Shown here: positions 45,970 to 54,561 of the stretch, piece by piece
Layout: every line of letters begins with the position of its first letter
Numbering within the stretch: position 1 is the first letter of the stretch
Source: an uncultured Pseudomonadota bacterium
Lineage (GTDB): Bacteria > Babelota > Babeliae > Babelales > CAIQNR01
Length of the DNA: 64,000 nt
Direction of reading: 5' to 3'
Assembly (NCBI GenBank): GCA_964433415.1
Contig: CAYSQM010000007.1
Span: forward strand, 4,291 to 68,290
Notes under the pieces: model-generated
Database searches by the model: none
The model's input: only the letters and a program-made list of their open reading frames with translations
Told to the model about the DNA's origin: nothing
Program-made: the position numbers and the translations under genes

Positions 45970-46394
45970 TGGTTATTGCTATAGGGTCTGATCATCGTGG
46001 TTTTCTATTAAAACAAGCCTTAATTAAACAAAATAAAATGATTGAATGGTCTGATCTAGGGACTTATTCTAGTGCTCGTTGTGATTATCCAGATTATGCA
46101 AAAAAGGTAGTTAAAGAAGTGTTAACTGGTAAAGCTGAATATGGAATTTTATTGTGTGGCAATGGTGTGGGAATGTCTATTGCTGCTAATCGTTATAAAA
46201 AAATTTATGCTGCTTTAGCTTGGAATATTGATGTTGCACGCTTAGCAAAAGAACACAATAATGCAAATATTTTGATTATACCGGCTGATTTTGTTTCGTT
46301 GGAAACGGCGCGGGATATGATTAAAATATTGATTGAATCTAAATACATAGGCGCTCATCACGAAGAAAGAATATTAAAAATAGACATTGAGTAA
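45969..46394 (+). CDS. rpiB: Ribose-5-phosphate isomerase B
   Basis: It has IAIGSDHRGFLLKQ and CGNGVGMSIAANR. Its length is 141 aa. Confidence 0.92.
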   Translation: MVIAIGSDHRGFLLKQALIKQNKMIEWSDLGTYSSARCDYPDYAKKVVKEVLTGKAEYGILLCGNGVGMSIAANRYKKIYAALAWNIDVARLAKEHNNANILIIPADFVSLETARDMIKILIESKYIGAHHEERILKIDIE

Positions 46395-46455
46395 GCGTTT
46401 TTATTATGATTGCATCATGAATACAGATTTAAATTAAAGATTGAAGGATTTAATA

Positions 46456-49197
46456 ATGAAATATATAAGAAAAATATTTGTACTTTTTCTTTTTTTAAAT
46501 TTTAATTTTTCTATTTTTTCATCTGACGCAAAAAAATTTAATGCAGAAATTTCTTTTGTTACTATTATGAAGAAAGAAAGAAAAGATGCAGAATTGTTTG
46601 ATAATGGATTAACTAGAGCATCTCTTAATAAGATTTCTCCTTATATAGAACAATATATTCTTAAAGGAGAAAATTTATGCAGGATACCGATTTCTAGAGT
46701 TTATATAAAATTAATTTATTTAATAACTCAACACTCTCATGATATTCCAACTATTGAAAAAATTTTTATTAAAGATGGTTTACAGAAATTAAAAAATAAT
46801 AAAGAAAAAATTAAGTTCTTATTTGAATTGATCAAGTCTATTAGTTTTTTAGAATCGAATATCAATGAAGAAGTAATTGATTTGTTTTTTAGAAAAATTT
46901 TTGAATTAAGAGATGAAACAAAATTTGATGCCATTGAATTATTTAAAGAATTTGACACAGAAGAATATCTTTTAAAATATAAAGATCAATTTAAAAAATA
47001 TTTGTTAGAAAAAATAAAATTTCAATATAAACCAGTGCCAATTGCTAGGGTTAATCTACCTATTTATAATGAAATATCTATTTTATTATTTTCTCCAGAT
47101 TCATCATTATTATTAATTGATGGTGATGATAAATTTAATACTGTTATGTATGATGTTAATTCTTTTAAAAAATTATTTATTTTAACTATATATGATAAAT
47201 TGCATATTATGACTAATCCTTATTTAACAAAATTTTCATATGATAGTAGATGGTTTGTGAGGGTATCGCCAAATGCTGTTACTCTTTATAATGCCAAGAA
47301 TGGAAAAGAAGAGATTTTTTTATTAGAATCTGATGTGCAAAATGTTATTTTTTCTCCTGATTCTACTAAATTACTTCTGCAAAAATCTGATAATTTTTTA
47401 ATCTATGATATAAGTAAGAAGAAAAAAGATGAAATTCTTTTTCAAATAAGCGCACAAGATAAACTATTTAATAAAATTAAAAAAATAATGTTTTCTCCTT
47501 CAGGTAATCTATTATTTATAGAATCTTTGAGTAAAAAAATTATTTATAGACCTAATAGCAAATTATGGTCTGAGTCTAAAGAGTCTATTAATAAAATAAT
47601 TGTTATTAATATTAATACAGGTGAAAATCTCTTTTCTATAGAAAAAGAAGAACCTTTTTTCCCTGGATCATGTTTTTTAAGTGATACGCAATTATTGATA
47701 AATCATGGTCAAGAACTTATTAAATATGACATTCAAAATAGAGATGAATCACCTATAAAAATTAGTCAAGAACATACTAATATTAATACTGTTTTTATAG
47801 TGCCTAATAATAAGCTATTAATTAAATTATTAGATAATTGTATACTGTATGATCTTAATACAAAAAAATATTCATATATATTTAAAGAAAATTATTTTAA
47901 TTTAGAAAATAAAATTCAAGAAGTTAAGGTCTCTCCTTGTGGTAGAGAATTATTAGTTCGATCTGAAAATAAAGTTATTGTGTATGATTTTGAAAAAAAA
48001 GAACCTATTCTTTTAATAGAAAAAGGTGAAGCTGATGAGCAACATAATAGAAATATTTTTGCTGCTACATTTTCACCTACTGGTGCACAATTAATTACTC
48101 AGTCTGTGGATAAAACAATAATTCATACTATTTCTGATCATCATGATATCTTTAATTATTTTATAAGAAATCAAGGATATTGTTATTCTTTATCTCTATC
48201 TAGTAAAGAAATAGAATTAAAGCGTTATGAAATTTCAACAATAGAACATCAAATTTCTTCTTTTGAAGAAGAGGTAGTAAAATTTAAAAGAAGATTGTTA
48301 AAGGAATTTAGCGTAGAAGATATTTACAATATTTTAAAATTTTTATTTTCTGAAAAAATGCCTTCTTATTTTAATTTACAATTAAATAAAGAGGAATTAA
48401 AAAAGTATGAAATACAATTAAATGAAGAAATTTTTGAAGAGAAAAAAGAAAAAAAGAAAAAAGAAAAAAATGAAAAAGAAATTAAGGAAAATATTGTTGC
48501 AGGCTCTTTTACTCCTGAAGAAAGAGATGAATTCTTTGCTTCAAAGTATGAATTGTTTAGGGGTGAAGTTTCTGAAGAGGCAAGAAAATACTCAGAACAA
48601 AAAGTTGTCTATGAACCAAGGGTTGAACTTTGGTATTCTGATCCTGATAAGCGAATTGAGCAAGATTATAATAGTCCTAATGCAGAACAATTTAAAAAAA
48701 ACTTATTAAAAAAATATGGGAAAGATTCAATTGTTTTTAATCACCAATTTCCTAAAATATTGGATTATTTTCTTATTGGTGGATATGAACAATTTAAAGC
48801 CTTTTTTCATAAAAAAACTAATAAGTATTCTTTACAAGTGCCAGGCTATTATAATTCATTAATTAATCCTGAAAAACCTAGGCGTTTTGGTTTTTTTGAA
48901 ATTACTTATGAATTAGATGGTAATATTAAAAAAGTTTATCATAGATTTTTTAGAGAAGTTGAAACATTTGATGATCTATTAAAAGCTAGGCAATCAACAA
49001 TTACAGAAGAAATTATAATTAATAAAGAAGCTGATATACTTACTAAAGACTTTAATGGTTGGAAAATTGATAGAAAAGGTGAGGATGATTGGAAAGCCTA
49101 TTTGATGAAAGAAGATGAAGGTATTCTTCTTTTTAAAAATCCTGTTATTGAAAATCCTTTTTATGTATTATTGCCATGTTTATTAGAAAAAGAATGA
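46456..49197 (+). CDS. Large secreted protein with PD40/WD40-like propeller repeats, a K/E-rich segment and an unassigned C-terminal domain
   Basis: I prefer the ATG at 46456 (MKYIRKIFVLFLFLNFNFSIFS signal) over the TTG at 46441. The repeats include FSPDSSLLLI, FSPDSTKLLL, FSPSGNLLFI, VSPCGRELLV and FSPTGAQLIT, followed by EEKKEKKKKEKNEKE. Confidence 0.6.
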   Translation: MKYIRKIFVLFLFLNFNFSIFSSDAKKFNAEISFVTIMKKERKDAELFDNGLTRASLNKISPYIEQYILKGENLCRIPISRVYIKLIYLITQHSHDIPTIEKIFIKDGLQKLKNNKEKIKFLFELIKSISFLESNINEEVIDLFFRKIFELRDETKFDAIELFKEFDTEEYLLKYKDQFKKYLLEKIKFQYKPVPIARVNLPIYNEISILLFSPDSSLLLIDGDDKFNTVMYDVNSFKKLFILTIYDKLHIMTNPYLTKFSYDSRWFVRVSPNAVTLYNAKNGKEEIFLLESDVQNVIFSPDSTKLLLQKSDNFLIYDISKKKKDEILFQISAQDKLFNKIKKIMFSPSGNLLFIESLSKKIIYRPNSKLWSESKESINKIIVININTGENLFSIEKEEPFFPGSCFLSDTQLLINHGQELIKYDIQNRDESPIKISQEHTNINTVFIVPNNKLLIKLLDNCILYDLNTKKYSYIFKENYFNLENKIQEVKVSPCGRELLVRSENKVIVYDFEKKEPILLIEKGEADEQHNRNIFAATFSPTGAQLITQSVDKTIIHTISDHHDIFNYFIRNQGYCYSLSLSSKEIELKRYEISTIEHQISSFEEEVVKFKRRLLKEFSVEDIYNILKFLFSEKMPSYFNLQLNKEELKKYEIQLNEEIFEEKKEKKKKEKNEKEIKENIVAGSFTPEERDEFFASKYELFRGEVSEEARKYSEQKVVYEPRVELWYSDPDKRIEQDYNSPNAEQFKKNLLKKYGKDSIVFNHQFPKILDYFLIGGYEQFKAFFHKKTNKYSLQVPGYYNSLINPEKPRRFGFFEITYELDGNIKKVYHRFFREVETFDDLLKARQSTITEEIIINKEADILTKDFNGWKIDRKGEDDWKAYLMKEDEGILLFKNPVIENPFYVLLPCLLEKE

Positions 49198-49216
49198 AAA
49201 ACATCTTTTAAATGAG

Positions 49217-49855
49217 CTATTTAATTGATGTTGTTAGGGGAGTAGTTATTGAGTTGGTAGTAGTAGAATTTGTACCAATTTTTTGATAATAAACATTTTG
49301 TAAATAAGCAGAAATGAAATCTGTAAGAACTAATAATAAATCAGCCTCTATTTCCTTTAATGGTAATATAATTTTAGTATATATATTTACAGTTTCATCC
49401 ATTTTAGTTTTTCGTAAAATTATCAATAATTTATCAAAAGTAAAATCTGGCGTATTAAGTTTTGGCACAAATTCTTTTGAAAAATTATCAAATTGATTTC
49501 TCCAAGCCCAGTAAGGATCATTAATGATATCACGAATTTGAGAATGTATTACATAAATTGCATCAAGATAGTTAGTTTTTGTAGCTTCTAAATTTGCAGT
49601 GATGCTCATGGGGTTAATGATATCATTTTTATATTTATTAAAATCTTTAATATATTTTTCTATTATATTTATCCTAATATCTTTAATTAATAATTCAGCT
49701 TTATCAAGATTTTTTGTAGCAATCTCTTGTTTTAAATCATTAAGTTTTTGTTGTTCTTCAGGCTTTAGTTGATAAGTTTGATTTGTAAGTAGGGTTGTAT
49801 GAGTTGCGCTAAATTGTCCAAGAAAAAAACATAAATAATATAAAAATTTTTTCAT
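49217..49855 (-). CDS. Hypothetical secreted protein (212 aa)
   Basis: It has a signal peptide (FLYYLCFFLGQFSA) and a T/S/N-rich C-terminus. It is convergent with the upstream gene, with a 19-nt gap. Confidence 0.5.
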   Translation of the reverse strand: MKKFLYYLCFFLGQFSATHTTLLTNQTYQLKPEEQQKLNDLKQEIATKNLDKAELLIKDIRINIIEKYIKDFNKYKNDIINPMSITANLEATKTNYLDAIYVIHSQIRDIINDPYWAWRNQFDNFSKEFVPKLNTPDFTFDKLLIILRKTKMDETVNIYTKIILPLKEIEADLLLVLTDFISAYLQNVYYQKIGTNSTTTNSITTPLTTSIK

Positions 49856-49959
49856 ATTTAACCCTCCTTTTAAAGACCTATAACCTAATATTACTTTAAA
49901 TCAACTTATGAGGCTTAATCAATAGATTCTGCTTGGCGAGCTTATTTTTATCAAAAAAA

Positions 49960-49980
49960 GAGGTAGCAGAAAGCTACCCC
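49960..49980 (-). terminator. Probable terminator of the FtsH-like gene
   Basis: On the minus strand a ggtagc/gctacc stem is followed by TCTTTTTTT, about 30 nt after the stop at 50013. Confidence 0.5.
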
Positions 49981-50012
49981 TTGGTTCTTTTTATTCTTTT
50001 ATTAAACAATAA

Positions 50013-52751
50013 TTAAGCAGCATTAATTGATTGGCTATCATTGCTATAAAGATCAATTTTTGGCGTAAACAATAATGCTTTGCAAATAAGTTCTTTGCTA
50101 GTATCTTGAACTGGTTCAATTTCTTCAATTTCAAGAATTTCTTCAGTAGACAAAGAAGAACATTTCATAAGTGCTTCAATAATAGTAATTAATGTTTCTT
50201 TGTGGCTAGACAATAAGGAAAAGAGTTCTTTTTCACATTCTTCAACAAGTTTATACGATTGTCCAAGCTTAAGTTCACGTTCATATCGAGATACAGTTGT
50301 TTGGTTCTGTCCACGGAAGATAATCTTTTTTGCTAACTCAAGTGCAATAGTTAAATCTTCTGCATGACTTACGTAGTCCATCTCTAATACTTGCTGTCCA
50401 ATATTGCCAGAAAGAGCAATTTTACATTGTTTAAGTTGTTCATTAGTTGAAATCATATCAAGCATATCTTGAGTGTAATAAGAAAATATCCCACCATAAT
50501 TGATAGGATTTTGTTTCCCGTTTTCTTCATTCCACAGACGATGCGAAACATGAGTTTCACCAACATCTTTAATAACTTGTTCAATAGTAACAGAACAGAG
50601 CTTTTGATCAGGATTTAATAATAATGAAATTAATGCTTTTGAAGCAAAGCGTGTTGCAATAATACGTTTAGTTTTTTCTGAAATTTCTTGATCATATTTT
50701 ACAATTTGTTTAATAGCATCATTTACGGCTTGAACAATATGTTTTTGACCAACAGGTTCATGCGATTCTTTTGCATATGTTAATACTTTATTTGCAGCAA
50801 CTTGCATTACCCCATAAGAACAACCTTCGGTAGATCTGACAAGCATATCAATATTTAAATTAGTAGTATCCATTGCACGTTTTTTAAAGTAATGATTAAA
50901 ATATATTTCTCTATCCTTTTTTAAAGGGAAAGGGAAATATATAATTTCACCAAAACGTCCAGGTTGACGTAATGCGTAATCGATATTTTCTGGCCTATTA
51001 GTAGCAGCAATTACAAAGACTGGTGAACGTTCATCTGATAAAATACTTTCATGTAATATTTGTAAACATTCAGCGAGCAATGTTGCATTTGAATCACGTT
51101 GAGCGCGTAAGTTATCAAATTCGTCAATAAAAATAATACAAGGAGCTTTTTCACGAGCTAATGCTACCCAATAAGCAACGCCAGCAATTTTACCAGATTT
51201 TGGATCAACTTCTAAAATATCGTGAACTGAAACGTGGTAAACGCGAAGCTTGTCAGTTCTACCCATTTCTTCAAGTTGACGAGCAATTTCGCCTGTTAAA
51301 CAATCGATCAAAAAAGTTTTACCAGTTTGAGGTGGCCCTGCAAGAAGATAGCCACAAGGAATTTTTATACCAGCGCGAGTATAACGCTCTTGATGAACAA
51401 TGTAATCAATTAGAGGGGCAAAGCGTTTTTTGATATGATCACGTCCCAACATGCTATCAAAATTAGTATCAGATTTTGCAGTGTAAGATTTTTTGGTGCT
51501 TTTACGTGCTTCAAGGGTATCACGCAGGTCGCTTATTAATTGTCCAGCTTTTCCTTTAAGGTAGAGGAAATCATTATAAACATATTTAGCAAAAAATGCT
51601 GCAATACCAATTTCTGCATATTTTCCATAATTAATACTAATAAGAGGATCGATAAGGTCAGTTAAATTAGTAATATAGGCTTTATTTTCAGTGCGATAGA
51701 GTGCATGGGTAGTATTACTTTCTATGCCGGTTGCACGTGCTAGATCTGCATAATTTTCAGAGAAAATAGAGGCATTTTCAGGAATTAAATGAGCTGGTAT
51801 TTTTTCTCCTGTTTGACTATTTACAAATGTTGGGAGCGTTGCTTTTACGTCGAGATACTTACCATCTTGATTAAAAAGAGGGGTTCCGTTCTCATCGCAT
51901 GGAATATCAACAGGTATTGTACGTCGTTTAATTTGTTCCTTTTCTTCACCTTGAGCGCCTCCAATCCATTTAGATTTCTTAAGGTTAATTAAAAAATTAG
52001 AAACTCGGTCAGGTAAGAAATCATTTTTAAGTCGTTCTTCTGGGAAAATAAAAAGTGTAAAAAGAGCCATGCCGGTGTACACTGCAATATGTTCTGTAAT
52101 AGGTCCTAGTTTGTATCTTTTCCAAAAGCTAGTTACCGCTCTGGTTGTGTGGTTATACCAGGCAAGAGGAGCATTTATAGTGAGTTTTTCTAGAATATTG
52201 AGCATTACTTGATTGCTTTTTAAAAGTTCTTGCATGCTTTCAAGGGATACAAGGCCATCACGTTTTAAAATATTAGTTGGGTTAACAGCAGGGATAGCAA
52301 CAAGTTTATTTTTTAATGCTTCAATAAGGACACTAGTAAATTCTTTTACTAAGCGTCCAAGCATAACTAATTGAAATTTATCAACATGCATACTTGAATG
52401 TGCTCTAAATTCTTCGAGGCTCTTTTGTAAAGCCATAAGTTCTACTCTGACTTTTTCAGGATTGGTTACTTTTTTGAAAAGATTGTTCTGTAACGCTTGT
52501 CCAATTGAGTTAAATATTGAAAGAAGCTGGTCAATTTGAGCGTGAGAAATGTCTTGAAATGCAGTAATTACTTCTTGTGGAAAAACTAATTGTTGAGCAA
52601 TGCTATTTTGTGGAGCCCCTATTTTAGGGGCAGGAAAATCTTCTGAAGTTTGAAGAGTCTGTTCTTGCGAATAAGAAAAAAATGTGCTGGTTAATAATAA
52701 GCTGAGTAAAAACTTTTTTAAGAATGAAAATGATCCATTTATCACTTGCAT
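50013..52751 (-). CDS. FtsH-family AAA+ protein with a degenerate (HEXXH-less) M41 domain and a long N-terminal extension
   Basis: It has Walker A GPPQTGKT, Walker B CIIFIDEFD and SRH ATNRPENIDYALRQPGRFG. The position of FtsH HESGH reads TRFASK. It also has an N-terminal signal/TM and a second hydrophobic segment. Confidence 0.75.
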   Translation of the reverse strand: MQVINGSFSFLKKFLLSLLLTSTFFSYSQEQTLQTSEDFPAPKIGAPQNSIAQQLVFPQEVITAFQDISHAQIDQLLSIFNSIGQALQNNLFKKVTNPEKVRVELMALQKSLEEFRAHSSMHVDKFQLVMLGRLVKEFTSVLIEALKNKLVAIPAVNPTNILKRDGLVSLESMQELLKSNQVMLNILEKLTINAPLAWYNHTTRAVTSFWKRYKLGPITEHIAVYTGMALFTLFIFPEERLKNDFLPDRVSNFLINLKKSKWIGGAQGEEKEQIKRRTIPVDIPCDENGTPLFNQDGKYLDVKATLPTFVNSQTGEKIPAHLIPENASIFSENYADLARATGIESNTTHALYRTENKAYITNLTDLIDPLISINYGKYAEIGIAAFFAKYVYNDFLYLKGKAGQLISDLRDTLEARKSTKKSYTAKSDTNFDSMLGRDHIKKRFAPLIDYIVHQERYTRAGIKIPCGYLLAGPPQTGKTFLIDCLTGEIARQLEEMGRTDKLRVYHVSVHDILEVDPKSGKIAGVAYWVALAREKAPCIIFIDEFDNLRAQRDSNATLLAECLQILHESILSDERSPVFVIAATNRPENIDYALRQPGRFGEIIYFPFPLKKDREIYFNHYFKKRAMDTTNLNIDMLVRSTEGCSYGVMQVAANKVLTYAKESHEPVGQKHIVQAVNDAIKQIVKYDQEISEKTKRIIATRFASKALISLLLNPDQKLCSVTIEQVIKDVGETHVSHRLWNEENGKQNPINYGGIFSYYTQDMLDMISTNEQLKQCKIALSGNIGQQVLEMDYVSHAEDLTIALELAKKIIFRGQNQTTVSRYERELKLGQSYKLVEECEKELFSLLSSHKETLITIIEALMKCSSLSTEEILEIEEIEPVQDTSKELICKALLFTPKIDLYSNDSQSINAA

Positions 52752-52958
52752 CTCCTTTAGATCTTGAATGATTAATATAAAAACCCGAATTCCATTTGAT
52801 TTAATCCTCCAATTTTTATTATGTTACTTGACGATAACCCTTTTGTCAAAATGGTTTTTGTACTTTTTTTTTATTCAGATCTTTTTTATTAAAGGTTTTT
52901 GGTATACTGCCTTAAAATTTATTAGACTAGAGAAAATTAGTATTATCAATCGAGGAGT

Positions 52959-54440
52959 ATGCATATGTTTTGCCTAAAAAAGAAAAGCGTTTTGATTCTT
53001 GTGCTAATTTTTATGGCAGCAGGAGGAATTTTTTTCAGTTATAAATTTTTATTGAGAGATTCTGAAGATCTTTTAATCAAGAATTCTTATGATATTAATT
53101 TTGATTTAGTTTTTAAAAAGAAAAATGTAGTACCATTTTTAGTTTTAGGTTCTGGCCCCGCTTCATTGGCGGCAGCTCTTTATGGTGCGCGAACTAAAGT
53201 GTATACGGTAGTGCTCAAAGGGAATCAGCCTGGTGGAGCGTTAACGGGGACCTCTTATATTGAAAATTGGCCAGCAATTCGTAAAATTCGCGGTACAGAG
53301 GTTGTACAAGATTTTGAAGATCAAGCTGCACAATTTGGGGCAGTTATGATTGGAGATGTAGCTAAATCAGTTGATTTTTCTCAATGGCCTTTTAAGGTAG
53401 AGACTGAAGAAGGGTTGGAACTTTATGCTATGTCATTGTTCATTGGAACCGGCGCAACTCCTCGTCGGCTTAATATTCCTGGGGAAAATGAGTATTGGGG
53501 TAAAGGAGTAACGACTTGTGCTATTTGTGATGCGCCTTACCATAAAGGTAATGAGGTGGTAGTGGTAGGTGGAGGGGATTCGGCTGTAGAAGAGGCGCTT
53601 GAACTTTCTCCTTATGTAAAAAAAGTATTTGTTTTGGTGCGAACAGACAAAATGCGTGCTTCTCCTACTATGTTAGAAAAAATGAAGCAATGTACTAATA
53701 TTGAAGTGGTGTATAATACCACCGTTTCTCAAGTCTATGGTGACGGGGCGCATGTTACTGCAATTGATATTCAAGATACTCAAACTCATAAAGTGGTAAA
53801 ATGGGATACTATTAAAGGTCTTTTCTTGGCTATTGGTCATAGTCCAAATACTGCTTTATTTGATAAAAATCGTTTGGCCATTGATAATTATGGATATGTT
53901 AAGCTTATTGGCCGTACACAGGCTACTACAATTCCTGGAGTCTTTTGCGCAGGGGATGTTTCTGATCCTCGTTATCGTCAAGCGGGTGTTGCTGCAGGCG
54001 ATGGTATTAAAGCTGGCCTTGACGCAGTGTGGTGGTTAATGGAACAAGGCTATAATAAGAATTTTGCGGACAAGCTTGATCCTTATATGTTTGACAAAAA
54101 AGCAAGTAAACATGTAAGTATTACACAAATTAATTCAATTTCAGAGTATGAAGCATTTATGAAAAAAGTTAAAAATAAACTAGTAGTTCTTGATTTTTAT
54201 TCACCTTATTGTCCAGCATGTATGCATATGCTACCAGCAGTTGAGTGGGTTGGTGCTAAATTTTCTGATTCAGTTGCTTTTGCAAAGGTTGATACTTCAA
54301 TAGCCTTTGATTTGGTTAAAAAGTTTGAAGTCCCGCAGATCCCATATCTTATTATGTTAAAAAAAGGTGCAAAAATTTCTTCATCATCTCAGGAACTTGA
54401 TAGAGCTGGACTCTCTGCGTTTATTAAAAAAGAGCTTTAA
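52959..54440 (+). CDS. trxB: Thioredoxin reductase fused to a C-terminal thioredoxin domain, with an N-terminal hydrophobic anchor
   Basis: It has VLGSGPASLAAALYGAR (FAD), the CAICDA redox centre, VVVVGGGDSAVEEA (NADPH) and a C-terminal Trx fold with YCPAC. The N-terminus reads KKKSVLILVLIFMAAGGIFFSY. The start may be the ATG at 52965, which has better Shine-Dalgarno spacing. Confidence 0.85.
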   Translation: MHMFCLKKKSVLILVLIFMAAGGIFFSYKFLLRDSEDLLIKNSYDINFDLVFKKKNVVPFLVLGSGPASLAAALYGARTKVYTVVLKGNQPGGALTGTSYIENWPAIRKIRGTEVVQDFEDQAAQFGAVMIGDVAKSVDFSQWPFKVETEEGLELYAMSLFIGTGATPRRLNIPGENEYWGKGVTTCAICDAPYHKGNEVVVVGGGDSAVEEALELSPYVKKVFVLVRTDKMRASPTMLEKMKQCTNIEVVYNTTVSQVYGDGAHVTAIDIQDTQTHKVVKWDTIKGLFLAIGHSPNTALFDKNRLAIDNYGYVKLIGRTQATTIPGVFCAGDVSDPRYRQAGVAAGDGIKAGLDAVWWLMEQGYNKNFADKLDPYMFDKKASKHVSITQINSISEYEAFMKKVKNKLVVLDFYSPYCPACMHMLPAVEWVGAKFSDSVAFAKVDTSIAFDLVKKFEVPQIPYLIMLKKGAKISSSSQELDRAGLSAFIKKEL

Positions 54441-54561
54441 TTCTTAGAAATGGCTTTAAAAAAAAATGAAGTAAAAAAATTGTTGTATTTTAAGTAGTCC
54501 TTTTCCTAAACTTTACTTTAAAGGTTAAAAAACTATTAGTAATTTTTTGGAGAGTGATTTT

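Noticed and set aside
48422-48709. A K-rich 95-aa ORF in another frame of the propeller protein gene
   Set aside because: It arises from the AAG/AAA-rich K/E linker read out of frame, and it is nested in the long ORF.
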